Assembly (NCBI GenBank): GCA_963775975.1
Contig: CAVZKX010000002.1
Coordinates: 2,996,502 to 3,060,501 of the forward strand
DNA from: an uncultured Planctomycetia bacterium
GTDB lineage: Bacteria > Planctomycetota > Planctomycetia > Pirellulales > Thermoguttaceae
Length of the DNA stretch: 64,000 bases
Direction of reading: 5' to 3'
Shown piece by piece: positions 26,209-35,754 of this stretch; positions within the stretch are counted from its first letter, which is position 1; every line of letters starts with the position of its first letter. Position numbers and translations under genes: made by a program. The notes under the pieces were generated by a model. That model made no database searches. It was not told the DNA's origin and worked only from the letters and a program-made list of their open reading frames with translations.

Positions 26209-26958
26209 TTACGCGACGGCAAGCCGATCCGATTGGCTGTGGGCGATGATGCCGGAAACGAACTCCTCGAAGATGCGCAGGTCCAACGCCGAGGCCGATT
26301 CGCTCTCGGGATGGAACTGGGTGCCCATCGCGAACCAGTCGTCCATCGTGCTTTCGATGGCTTCGACCACGCCGTCCGGGCAGCGGGCGGTCACGGCAAA
26401 ACCGGGCGCCACCTCGTCGATCGCCATGTGATGGAGGCTGTTGACGCGGATTTCGCCCTCGCCGAAGACCCGCTCCATGATCGTGCCCATCTCCACCATC
26501 AGTGCGTGGCGGTGGTGAGGATCGGTGGCGTCGAGGTGTGGCAACGCTCGCGGCAGGTCCTCGGGAATGTGCAGGAAGAGGTTGCCGCCTTGCGATGTAT
26601 TCAGCAATTGCATGCCGCAGCCGATGCCGAAGACCGGCATGCGGCGCTCGGCGACCATCCGCATCAGCAGGCGATCGAACTCCTCGCGGCGGCGGTCCAA
26701 GAGGCGGACCGAGGGATGAACCATGAATCCGTCAAAGCGCGGGTCGAGGTCGGCCCCGCCAACGAGCACAACGCCATCAAGAACATCGAGCAGCCGGGAG
26801 AGGTCGTCCTCATCGGTCAGCGGCGGTATCACCACGGGCACGGCGCCGGCCTTCGTGAGCGAATCGTAATAGCCGGCGCCGATGATCGAGAATGCCGGCA
26901 CGTCTTTCTTTGCGGAACGGAAATCGGCGTTGATGCCGACGAGCGGTTTGGAATGCAT
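26209..26958 (-). CDS. class I glutamine amidotransferase, gamma-glutamyl-GABA hydrolase-like (peptidase C26)
   Basis: AAGGAG upstream of the ATG at 26958. FGIGCGMQLLN (nucleophile Cys) and VNSLHHMAI (His). Confidence 0.85.
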   Translation of the reverse strand: MHSKPLVGINADFRSAKKDVPAFSIIGAGYYDSLTKAGAVPVVIPPLTDEDDLSRLLDVLDGVVLVGGADLDPRFDGFMVHPSVRLLDRRREEFDRLLMRMVAERRMPVFGIGCGMQLLNTSQGGNLFLHIPEDLPRALPHLDATDPHHRHALMVEMGTIMERVFGEGEIRVNSLHHMAIDEVAPGFAVTARCPDGVVEAIESTMDDWFAMGTQFHPESESASALDLRIFEEFVSGIIAHSQSDRLAVA

Positions 26959-27609
26959 GAGATACTCCTTTGACACGTCCTGTGTCGGAAAAGCTGGAAT
27001 CGCCTGTATCGCGAGGAGAACGTCCGATGATTGCGAAGCCCTCGGCAAGGGCAACTTAGAGTCTCCAACAAAACCGAATCAGGGGCAGCGTCAGTCGTGC
27101 CAATTGATCGGTTTTGATAGAGCCTCGAAGAAAAGATCCGTCCGACAAAACCGAGCTACTCGGCAGCGTCAATCCCTGACTAAGCGGAACGCGGATCGCT
27201 TTCCTGCGGCTGCGGCGTCAACTTGCGTCAACGCTTTGCCGGTGCAACCTTCGCACGTCACGATTGATAAGGCACATACTCCTGGAGCTGTCACGCGCCT
27301 CCCTGTAGGAAATGCAAGTTCGAGGAGTCTAAGGGTTTACCCTAGTAAATACAAGCTTCAGCCATATCTTGTGATTAATTGCAAAATCAGCCACAATATA
27401 TGGTATTGCAAGCAATGCTAGCAATGTGGAAACCCACAGTCAAGGCAAGTGTATTTTCATTGCGAGCCCAAGAGATTACAACGTGCTGGAACGGCAATAA
27501 GCAGCCTTTTATCGGGCTCTCGCGGCGTGAATTGAGCCCACAGCCGCGAACGAAATGCAGCTCAAGCAAGTCCATATTAACAAGGACGAACTACGTGTAT
27601 GATTGTTAC

Positions 27610-29142
27610 ATGCGACCGTCAAACGCTGATCCAAAGATCGCTAAGAGGATAATGGCTTTCCTCCCGCACGCTCTCGCTTGTTCCGCCACTTTCATCGCGG
27701 CCATCTTCAGTTGCTCCCAGGGCTGGACCGCGGACCCGGCGACATACAAGCACGGCGTCATTATCGATCTCGAGGGTGAAATTGGACCGGGACTGGAACA
27801 GTACGTGTTTCGCAAGCTGGATGCCGCCAAGGAAGCCGGCGCGGATCTTGTGGTCGTGGAGATTGATAGTCCCGGCGGCCGACTCGTCGAGTCGCTGGAA
27901 ATAGCCAAACATCTGGCGACTGTCGATTGGGCTCACACCGTGGCTTATGTGCCCGAAAGCGCTTATAGCGGGGCGGCTGTCGCCTCGCTCGGTTGTGACG
28001 AGATCGTCATGGGGCCCAATGCGAAATGGGGCGACGCCGGCGCAATCTTTCGCGATGAGAAATCCTTCTTCCATTTCGTCCCGGAGAAGCTTTTAAGTGC
28101 CTTCAAGAGCGAACTGCGCTCGCTGGCCCAGGCCAAGGGTAGGCCGATCGCTTTGGCCCAAGCCATCGCAGACAAGGAGATGAGGGTCTTTCATGTAGTC
28201 AGCCTCAAGCCAAAGGCTGGGCAGCCTGTGCTGGACACTTACATCTCCGAGCGCGAATTCAATGACAACCCTGGCGAGTGGAATAGGATTGGCGAGATCG
28301 CGTCATCGGGCAAGGGCCAGTTTTTGACACTCACGGGCATTGAAGCGGAGAAATGCGGACTTGCCAACTTCCTCGTCGCCAACCGCGAGGAGTTGGCGAA
28401 ACATTACGGCCTGAATGAGTTCCAAATCATGACGGCGACGTGGCTCGATATCACCGTCGAGATATTGAATTCGTGGCTGGTGACGGCGCTCTTAATCATC
28501 GTCGGGCTGACCGGGCTCTACTTCGAGTTCATGTCGCCCGGCCACGGCATCGGAGCATTGATCGGCGCGGCGTGCTTCCTGCTGCTTTTCTGGAGCCATT
28601 TTCTCGGCGGCACGGGCGGCTGGCTGAGCGCCGTATTGTTCCTCCTCGGGCTGGGCTGCATCGCGGTGGAGATATTTCTCCTGCCGGGCACCGTCGTGCC
28701 GGGGCTTATGGGGTCGGTGCTCGTCTTGGCCAGCATCATCATGGTTTGCCAGGGCTTCTTGATTCCGGAAACCGAAGCCGACCTGCACACGCTCGCCGGC
28801 ACGATGGGCATGATCCTCGGGTCGTGCGGAGTGTTCGTGGCGGCGGCAATTGTCATTACGCGGCGCATGGACACGCTGCCGCTGTTTAGTCGACTGATGT
28901 TAGCCCCGCCCGACGCCGAGCCAATAGCCATGTCGGGCACCGCCGCCGGCGGCGAGACCACTCTTGCGGCCGGCGATCAAGGCATTGCCCATACGCCGCT
29001 GCGGCCCGGCGGGAAAGGCCGCTTCGGCGAGCGGACGGTCGACGTCATGGCCAGCGGCGATTTTCTTGATCGCGGTACGCCGATTCGCATCGTCCGCATC
29101 AGCGGGAATCAAGTTTGGGTGGAAACCGTCGAGGAATCTTGA
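27610..29142 (+). CDS. NfeD-family membrane-bound ClpP-class serine protease
   Basis: VVEIDSPGGRL protease domain, multiple TM helices, C-terminal NfeD OB domain. The start is uncertain (27610 or 27652). Confidence 0.8.
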   Translation: MRPSNADPKIAKRIMAFLPHALACSATFIAAIFSCSQGWTADPATYKHGVIIDLEGEIGPGLEQYVFRKLDAAKEAGADLVVVEIDSPGGRLVESLEIAKHLATVDWAHTVAYVPESAYSGAAVASLGCDEIVMGPNAKWGDAGAIFRDEKSFFHFVPEKLLSAFKSELRSLAQAKGRPIALAQAIADKEMRVFHVVSLKPKAGQPVLDTYISEREFNDNPGEWNRIGEIASSGKGQFLTLTGIEAEKCGLANFLVANREELAKHYGLNEFQIMTATWLDITVEILNSWLVTALLIIVGLTGLYFEFMSPGHGIGALIGAACFLLLFWSHFLGGTGGWLSAVLFLLGLGCIAVEIFLLPGTVVPGLMGSVLVLASIIMVCQGFLIPETEADLHTLAGTMGMILGSCGVFVAAAIVITRRMDTLPLFSRLMLAPPDAEPIAMSGTAAGGETTLAAGDQGIAHTPLRPGGKGRFGERTVDVMASGDFLDRGTPIRIVRISGNQVWVETVEES

Positions 29143-29144
29143 AC

Positions 29145-30011
29145 ATGCCAATTCTCGGAGCGCATCAATCGATCGCGGGCGGTTATTACAAGGCCGTCGA
29201 AATCGGCGAGCAGACCGGCTGCCAGGTGATCCAGGTCTTCACCAAGAATACGAATCAGTGGCGCGGCAAGCCCATCACGCCGGACGAGGCCGCGCGGTTC
29301 CGCGATGCCCTGGCCAAATCCGGCATTGAATGCCCGATAGCGCACGATTCCTACTTGATCAATCTGGCCAGCCCCGACGACGTGCTCTGGAAGAAATCGA
29401 TCGAGGCCATGATCGACGAGGTCGAGCGGGCCAGCATCCTCGAAATCCCCTGGGTCGTATCGCACCCCGGCGCTTATACGACGACCAGCGAGGACGAAGG
29501 AATCCAGCGCATCGTCACCGCATTGGACGAAGTGCTCGCCAAAACGAAGCGTCTTTCCGCCGGCATCCTGCTGGAAACCACTGCCGGGCAAGGGACGACG
29601 CTAGGCTGGCGATTCGAGCACCTCGCCGCGATCCGCGCGGGCGTCAAGGACAACCGCCGCCTGGGCGTCTGCTTCGATACGTGCCACGTCTTCGCCGCGG
29701 GCTATAAAATGTCAACGCAAGCCGAATATAAGGCCACCATGAAGGAGTTCGACCGCATCGTCGGGCTCGACCATATCCGCGCATTCCACCTGAACGACAG
29801 CTTGAAAGATTGCGGCAGCCGCGTCGATCGACACGCCCATATCGGACATGGCAAGATCGGCCGCGATCCGTTCGGCTGGCTCCTCCGCGACCGCCGCTTC
29901 GGCAACGTACCTATGGTGCTGGAAACGCCCAAGGGCCAGCAGGACGGCGAGGAGTGCGATATCATCAACCTGCGCACGCTGCGGGAGCTGGCGGCGAAGA
30001 AGAAAGTGTAA
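29145..30011 (+). CDS. nfo: deoxyribonuclease IV (endonuclease IV)
   Basis: MPILGAHQSIAGG, HDSYLINLAS, LETTAGQG, CFDTCH, HLNDS. Confidence 0.92.
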   Translation: MPILGAHQSIAGGYYKAVEIGEQTGCQVIQVFTKNTNQWRGKPITPDEAARFRDALAKSGIECPIAHDSYLINLASPDDVLWKKSIEAMIDEVERASILEIPWVVSHPGAYTTTSEDEGIQRIVTALDEVLAKTKRLSAGILLETTAGQGTTLGWRFEHLAAIRAGVKDNRRLGVCFDTCHVFAAGYKMSTQAEYKATMKEFDRIVGLDHIRAFHLNDSLKDCGSRVDRHAHIGHGKIGRDPFGWLLRDRRFGNVPMVLETPKGQQDGEECDIINLRTLRELAAKKKV

Positions 30012-30031
30012 GGACGACCACATGCCGGTCT

Positions 30032-30523
30032 ATGAATTTCTATTGCGGCGATTGCCATACCATCTTCAGCTTCTTTTCGCGGCGGGTCGATACGACGACA
30101 CGGCCCAAATGTCCGCGCTGCGGTCGGAAGAAGCTTGAGCGGAAGGTCTCGCGCTTTGCCACTTTGGGAAAGGCCGGTTCCGCGGCCGACGCCGACGACT
30201 TGCCGGGCGGCATTGACGAATCCAAGCTGGAGGGCCTGATGGAATCGATGGGCCGGCAGGCGGAGGGCATCGACGAGAACAATCCGCGCCAGGTGGCGGC
30301 GATGATGCGGCAAATGCACGAAGCGACGGGCATGCCCTTGGACGGCCGCGCCGAGGAGGCAATCCGCCGCATGGAAGCCGGCGAGTCGCCCGAAAAGCTC
30401 GAAGAAGAGCTAGGCGACTTGTTCGGGGAGGAAGGGCCCGACGCTGAACTGCCCGCGGGGCGGCGGCGAAAAAAGAGTCGTTCAGCCGCCCCCGCCGTCG
30501 ACGCGACGTTGTACGATCTGTGA
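30032..30523 (+). CDS. FmdB-family zinc-ribbon protein
   Basis: MNFYCGDCHTIFSFF...CPRCG. The canonical MPVYEF start (ATG at 30022) is out of frame by one T. Confidence 0.65.
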   Translation: MNFYCGDCHTIFSFFSRRVDTTTRPKCPRCGRKKLERKVSRFATLGKAGSAADADDLPGGIDESKLEGLMESMGRQAEGIDENNPRQVAAMMRQMHEATGMPLDGRAEEAIRRMEAGESPEKLEEELGDLFGEEGPDAELPAGRRRKKSRSAAPAVDATLYDL

Positions 30524-30545
30524 TTCGACGTTTGCCATCCCCGCG

Positions 30546-30726
30546 AGCCGCGGAGCGGCAAAAGAAAATAGCCAGGGCGCAAGCCCCTGGCGACGAAGAA
30601 CCACGATTCGGTAGCCCCGGAGGGGCGAAACTTGACTTACTGTCGCCGCTCCGCGGCTGTGGTATCCAATTCGACATATCCCAGGGGCTTGCGCCCCTGG
30701 CTATTGTCTATCGCCGCTCCGCGGCT
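30546..30726. repeat. Composite nested inverted-repeat element filling an intergenic region
   Basis: AGCCGCGGAGCGGC (30546) with complements GCCGCTCCGCGGCT at 30645 and 30713. CCAGGG..CCCCTGG hairpins at 30568-30591 and 30680-30704. Confidence 0.8.
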
Positions 30727-30757
30727 ATCAATCGGCAAACCAATTCCACGGCGAACG

Positions 30758-31552
30758 TTAGTTGCCCGGAGGATTTCCGCCATTGCCGCCGCCCTGGCCT
30801 CCACGGCCACCGCGTCCGCCGCCAAATCCGCCGCGGCCGAAGCCTTGCTGTGAGAACTTGAACTCCTTACCGGTCAGCTTGCCCCACTCGACCAATTGGT
30901 CGTCGTCCAAGACGGCCAGGGCCGACTTCATCGTGTCCGCGCGCTGCTTCGCCATCTTGTCCATGAACTCTTTACGCTCGTCGTCCGTCGCATTTCGGAA
31001 GTCAAACTGCGGACGATTCTGGCGGGAGTCGTCGACGATCTTCTTGATCTTGTCTTGGGCATCTTGGGAAAGCTTGAGCTTGGCGACTGTGTCAGGATCG
31101 CTGAGCGCCTGAACGCCTTGGATCTGAACCTGCAACTGCTTCAGGCGTTCCAGTTGTTTCGCATCCAGGATCTTGTCGACTTCCGCCTGGGTCTTTTTGC
31201 CGGCTTCCGCCATCTTCTTTTGCATGTCTTCCCGGGCCTTGGTCCGCTCCTCATCGGTCATGTCCTGGAAATTGGCGAAGCCCTGGAAGGACGAGCGCAT
31301 GTCGTCCATCGCCTTCTTCTGGAGATCGGTCAGTTTGGTTTTTTGGTCGTCGGTGACGGCGAGTTCTTTCTGCACGTCTTCCATGCCAAGAATCATCAAG
31401 CTGGCGCCGCGCATCCCGCCGCCGCCGAACATCCCGCCGAATCCACCCCGTCCGCCAGGGCCGCCGGGACCGCCGCCTCCGGGCTGGGCGAAAACCGTCG
31501 CCGCCCCTAAGGCCAAAATCAATCCAATTACTCCCAGTGTTCGTCGCAACAT
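30758..31552 (-). CDS. periplasmic helical repeat protein (Spy/CpxP-like LTxxQ-type repeats) with Gly-rich termini
   Basis: Start taken at MLRRTLGVIGLILALGAATVFA. Repeats VTDDQKTKLTDLQKK, LSQDAQDKIKK and LDDDQLVEW. GGRGG-rich ends. Confidence 0.55.
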   Translation of the reverse strand: MLRRTLGVIGLILALGAATVFAQPGGGGPGGPGGRGGFGGMFGGGGMRGASLMILGMEDVQKELAVTDDQKTKLTDLQKKAMDDMRSSFQGFANFQDMTDEERTKAREDMQKKMAEAGKKTQAEVDKILDAKQLERLKQLQVQIQGVQALSDPDTVAKLKLSQDAQDKIKKIVDDSRQNRPQFDFRNATDDERKEFMDKMAKQRADTMKSALAVLDDDQLVEWGKLTGKEFKFSQQGFGRGGFGGGRGGRGGQGGGNGGNPPGN

Positions 31553-31829
31553 GAGCCACCACCTTTCTTTACGCGTCCCAGACGAAGCCAACCGTTGGCT
31601 TTCGTCAGAGACAGCAAGGACCGAACCGCCCGTCATAGTAACGGAAGACGGCGGTTTTTATTGCGTCCCGCGCGCGGCCAACCGCTGGCTTTGCCCAGGA
31701 CGAAAAGAATACACGAGTCGCAGATAATGATAGTCCTGCCGCAGGGCGTTGTCTACCGCCTGGTAATTCGCGGATAAAGTGGGTGCTTGCGTCGCTGGAC
31801 CCCGCTACATGGTTAACCGCCCTGGCCTG

Positions 31830-33374
31830 CTAGGAAAACAACTTTTCCCGCGGGTCGATAAACAGCCAGGTTGCCGACGCGACCAGGAAACTGACCCCGA
31901 TGAATACGAGAGCCACGTTCCAACCTAAGATCATGGAGCCCAAAAAGCGGATGCCGTGCAATGCGTAGTGGTCTTTCAGATAAACCACCAAAAGCGGGCA
32001 GGCGATCGCGCCGACTTGTCCGGCGGTATTCATCGTGGCGCTGACGGTGCCGGCATGGCGGCCGCCGATGTCCTGGCAAGTCCCCCAGGCGGCGCCCATG
32101 ATGAACATGTTGGCTGCATTGCCTACTGCAAAGAGCAAGGCCGCAGTATGCGCGTCGCCGGCGACGCCCGCCAGGATTATGCAGATTCCCGCACTCAGAT
32201 ACGAGACGAGCCCCACCCCCGCGCGTCCCCAGCGGGGACCTATGCGGCGGACGGCCCAATCGGTCGCCGCGCCGCCGAGCACGTCGCCCGCGACGCTCAG
32301 CAGCAGCGGCAGCCCAGCCAAGATGGCGAGCGTCCGGCCCTCGAGGCCGCGGCCCTCGTCAAGGTAGCGATGAAACCACGTGATGCAGAAGTAGAAAATG
32401 AAGCTGTTGGGAAGATACATCAGGCATAGGGCAATCATGTTGCGATTGAACAGCAGCCGCCGCCAAAAGGCCATGCGACTCGCGAGCGGGCGCTCCGGCT
32501 CGTCGTCACTGCTGGTCAATGTGCGGTCGGACAAGATATATGCCAGTTCTGCGTCGTTCACTTGCCGGTGCTGCTCCGGTTCGTCGCGGAACCAGTAGTA
32601 CCAGACCGCGGCCCAAACGAGGCCCGGTAAACTGAAAAGTGTGAAGACGCCGCGCCAGCTCAGCGGCAGCACATGCACCCAATGCCACGATGTGCCGTGC
32701 ATCAATTGATAGACGATGAGCGGCGTAACGCCGACGGTGACATGCGCCCCGAACCACACCACTCCCTGCGCTGTGCCGCGCTCGCGATAAGGAATCCACC
32801 GTGAGAGCGTCTGCGAAATCGCCGGCCACGCCCCCGACTCGGCTACCCCAAAGAGAAACCGGGCAACAACCAACGAAACGAAGCCGCTCGCCAGCCCTGT
32901 GGCGCACGTGCAGAGCGACCACAGAACGACGACCGTGGTGAGCATGCGGCGGGTGCCGATCCGGCCCGCCCAGCGTGCGCTGGGGATGCCGAAGGAGCAA
33001 TAGGCGATGGCGAACACCGTATCGATGCACGCCAGTCCCTGGTCCTGCGTCATGACCAGCCCCCACACATGCAGCGACAAATCGAGGTCCTTCGAGATGG
33101 GCGTCTTAAGCACGCCCAGGCAGGAGCGATCGAGATACGTGACCATTCCCATCAGAATGGCCATCGTCACGACCACCATGCGGACGCGCGAGGGCCGCGC
33201 GGAAGTGGTTTGCCCGGAAGATGAGGTCAACGATCGGGAAATCACACTTGGCCCATCTTGCGGTTTGTGGCGGTCAAAGTTAGCCTCAGTAGACAGCGTC
33301 TGGCCGTCCTGGTGAAGCCCCCCGGCCCCGAATATGAACCGCATCTCCCGGCGCTGGGATTCAGAGAGTGCCAC
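31830..33374 (-). CDS. MFS transporter (anion:cation symporter-like)
   Basis: About 12 TM helices. YLDRSCLGV and G(R/K) loop motifs. The start is uncertain (33374 or 33344). Confidence 0.8.
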   Translation of the reverse strand: MALSESQRREMRFIFGAGGLHQDGQTLSTEANFDRHKPQDGPSVISRSLTSSSGQTTSARPSRVRMVVVTMAILMGMVTYLDRSCLGVLKTPISKDLDLSLHVWGLVMTQDQGLACIDTVFAIAYCSFGIPSARWAGRIGTRRMLTTVVVLWSLCTCATGLASGFVSLVVARFLFGVAESGAWPAISQTLSRWIPYRERGTAQGVVWFGAHVTVGVTPLIVYQLMHGTSWHWVHVLPLSWRGVFTLFSLPGLVWAAVWYYWFRDEPEQHRQVNDAELAYILSDRTLTSSDDEPERPLASRMAFWRRLLFNRNMIALCLMYLPNSFIFYFCITWFHRYLDEGRGLEGRTLAILAGLPLLLSVAGDVLGGAATDWAVRRIGPRWGRAGVGLVSYLSAGICIILAGVAGDAHTAALLFAVGNAANMFIMGAAWGTCQDIGGRHAGTVSATMNTAGQVGAIACPLLVVYLKDHYALHGIRFLGSMILGWNVALVFIGVSFLVASATWLFIDPREKLFS

Positions 33375-33403
33375 TCCACTTCGTCAACTTATTCTGCCAC
33401 AAG

Positions 33404-35035
33404 ATGTGGCTACGGATCATGATTAGCTCAGCTCTCGCCCTCACCGCGTTGTTAATTGGCGCATCGTCCAATACGTCCCAATCCGACGTAGTCGTTTACG
33501 GCGCGACTTCCGCCGGCGTTGCCGCAGCCGTCGAAGCCGCCCGGATGGGCAAGAGCGTCGTGCTCATCGAGCCGAGTCGGCATGTCGGCGGGCTGACTTC
33601 CGGCGGACTGGGACGCACCGATATTGGCAATAAAGGGGCCATCGGCGGCATCGCCCGCGAGTTCTATCGGCAAGTCCATCGACATTATCTTGATGCCGCC
33701 GCGTGGAAGCATGAGACGCGCGATCAATATGTTGCCCGCGCGAAGGGCTTCGTCGACGCCGATACGATGTGGGGCTTCGAGCCGCACGTGGCCGAAGAGA
33801 TTCTCCGCGCAATGCTGGCCGAGGCGGGCGTCTCGACGGTTTTTCAGCAGCGGCTCGACCTGTCGCGCGGCGTTCGCAAAGAGGGTTCGCGGATCGTCTC
33901 CATCGCGATGGAATCAGGAATGATTTACGCGGCCAAAGTCTTCATTGACGCAAGCTATGAGGGCGATCTCTTGGCCCGTGCCGGAGTCCGCTACGCGACC
34001 GGTCGCGAGGCGAACGCGCAGTACGATGAAACGCTCGACGGCGTCCAGACCCGTCATGCCACAAAACACCAGTTCAGGCACCCGGTCGATCCTTTCATCG
34101 TCACCGGCGACAGGGCCAGTGGACTTCTGCCGGGCCTGCACGGCGGGAGCCCAGGCACGGACGGCGAGGGCGATCGGCGCGTTCAGGCATACAACTATCG
34201 CATGTGCCTCACCGACGTATCGGAGAACCGCCGCGAGATTGCCCGGCCGCAGGGCTACGATCGGCGGCGTTATGAGATTCTGCTCCGATACATTGAGGCC
34301 GGCGGCAGGGAGATTGTAGGCAACCCCGAACCGATGCCCAACCGCAAGTCGGACACCAACAACAACGGAGCATTTTCGACCGATGACATCGGCATGAACT
34401 ATGATTATCCCGAAGCCGGCTACGCGACGCGCGAAAAGATCGCCGCCGAGCACCGCGACTATCAACTCGGCCTGATGTGGACGATCGCCCACGATCCGCG
34501 CGTGCCGGCTTCCATGAGAAAAAAGTTCTCCGCCTGGGGACTGGCCAAAGACGAGTTCACGGACAGCGGCAATTGGCCCGAGCAGCTTTATATTCGCGAG
34601 GCCCGGCGGATGATTTCCGACTATGTGATGACCGAGCACGAGTGCCGCGGCCGGCGCACGGCGGCCGATTCCGTCGGTTTGGCGGCCTACGGCATGGATT
34701 CGCACAACACGCAGCGCTACGTTGACGCCGCGGGGCACGTCCGCAATGAGGGCGACGTGCAAGTCGCCGTCGCGGGGCCGTATCCGGTCAGTTATCGAGC
34801 GATCGTGCCCAAGGCGGCGGAGTGTACGAACCTCGTCGTACCGGTCTGTCTTTCGGCGACCCACATCGCCTATGGATCGATCCGCATGGAGCCCGTCTTC
34901 ATGGTCCTTGGCCAATCGGCCGGCGCCGCGGCCGCAATGGCGGCCGGCGACGGCATCGATGTGCAGCAGGTCGATTACCAGCGGCTCCGCGAGCAGCTTT
35001 TACGCGATCGACAAGTTCTGGCTTGGCCGAAGTAG
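33404..35035 (+). CDS. FAD-dependent oxidoreductase (secreted)
   Basis: Signal peptide, then the dinucleotide-binding motif DVVVYGATSAGVAAAVEAAR and LIEPSRHVGGLTSGG. Confidence 0.85.
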   Translation: MWLRIMISSALALTALLIGASSNTSQSDVVVYGATSAGVAAAVEAARMGKSVVLIEPSRHVGGLTSGGLGRTDIGNKGAIGGIAREFYRQVHRHYLDAAAWKHETRDQYVARAKGFVDADTMWGFEPHVAEEILRAMLAEAGVSTVFQQRLDLSRGVRKEGSRIVSIAMESGMIYAAKVFIDASYEGDLLARAGVRYATGREANAQYDETLDGVQTRHATKHQFRHPVDPFIVTGDRASGLLPGLHGGSPGTDGEGDRRVQAYNYRMCLTDVSENRREIARPQGYDRRRYEILLRYIEAGGREIVGNPEPMPNRKSDTNNNGAFSTDDIGMNYDYPEAGYATREKIAAEHRDYQLGLMWTIAHDPRVPASMRKKFSAWGLAKDEFTDSGNWPEQLYIREARRMISDYVMTEHECRGRRTAADSVGLAAYGMDSHNTQRYVDAAGHVRNEGDVQVAVAGPYPVSYRAIVPKAAECTNLVVPVCLSATHIAYGSIRMEPVFMVLGQSAGAAAAMAAGDGIDVQQVDYQRLREQLLRDRQVLAWPK

Positions 35036-35075
35036 TACGCCACCTACGGTAAAATGGCGGGACCAGTTCGCGATG

Positions 35076-35140
35076 TCGAAGCCCGACGCGCAAGCGAGGC
35101 TTGGATGCGGCGCCGGCCTCGCTTGCGCGTCGGGCTTCGA
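35076..35140. repeat. REP-like palindrome, 25-nt perfect arms
   Basis: TCGAAGCCCGACGCGCAAGCGAGGC (35076-35100) and its exact complement (35116-35140). Confidence 0.9.
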
Positions 35141-35249
35141 TAGCAGCGATGACCCGCCAATTCGCTTATTGACCGCACTGGGATGCCCAGGCGGGGGCCT
35201 TTGCAATAAAGGCCGAAGCGGGTATATATGAATATGCGGAACAATTCCA

Positions 35250-35669
35250 TTGAATTCAAGTAAAGGAACGGCAGCCTTGGCCAAGCAAGTTAAGGAAAAG
35301 AATAACTTCGACCAGTATCGCACCCGATTGCTCGATCTGCGGTCGCGCCTGCGCGGCGAAATGGGCCGCATGGCCGACGCCGCCTTGAGCCAGGGCAAGT
35401 CCGAATCGAGCAGCCTGCCCATCCACATGGCTGATTTGGGCAGCGACAACTTCGAGCAGGAGCTCACCTTAACCCTTGTCGGCAGCGAGAAAGTTGCGCT
35501 CGACAAGATCGAACTCGCGCTTCAGCGAATTCGCGAGGGCGAGTACGGGATTTGCGAGGATTGCGGCAAAAAGATCCCCGAGTCTCGGTTGGAGGCCATC
35601 CCCTACGCGGCTGTCTGCGTGCATTGCGCGGAGATCCAAGAGCAGCAGCAGGGCGTCGAGCAAGAATAA
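35250..35669 (+). CDS. DksA/TraR-family C4 zinc-finger protein
   Basis: CEDCGKKIPESRLEAIPYAAVCVHC. TTG start, position uncertain. Confidence 0.8.
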   Translation: MNSSKGTAALAKQVKEKNNFDQYRTRLLDLRSRLRGEMGRMADAALSQGKSESSSLPIHMADLGSDNFEQELTLTLVGSEKVALDKIELALQRIREGEYGICEDCGKKIPESRLEAIPYAAVCVHCAEIQEQQQGVEQE

Positions 35670-35673
35670 GCCG

Positions 35674-35754
35674 GTAGGGTGGCGTCAAACGCAGCGATGA
35701 CCCACGACTCTTGGCGATTCCTGGCGGGTCTCGTGGAACTCGACGACACCCTAC
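35674..35754. repeat. Dispersed repeat, GTAGGGTGGCGTC...ACACCCTAC (family of 16908-16976)
   Basis: Aligns with 16908-16976. The terminal CCCTAC supplies the stop codon of the minus-strand gene ending at 35751. Confidence 0.8.

Noticed and set aside
27379-27609. N-terminal extension of the NfeD protease ORF
   Set aside because: The segment is AT-rich and non-coding-like, lacks a signal or TM logic, and has Met codons at 27610 and 27652 directly preceding the hydrophobic N-terminus.
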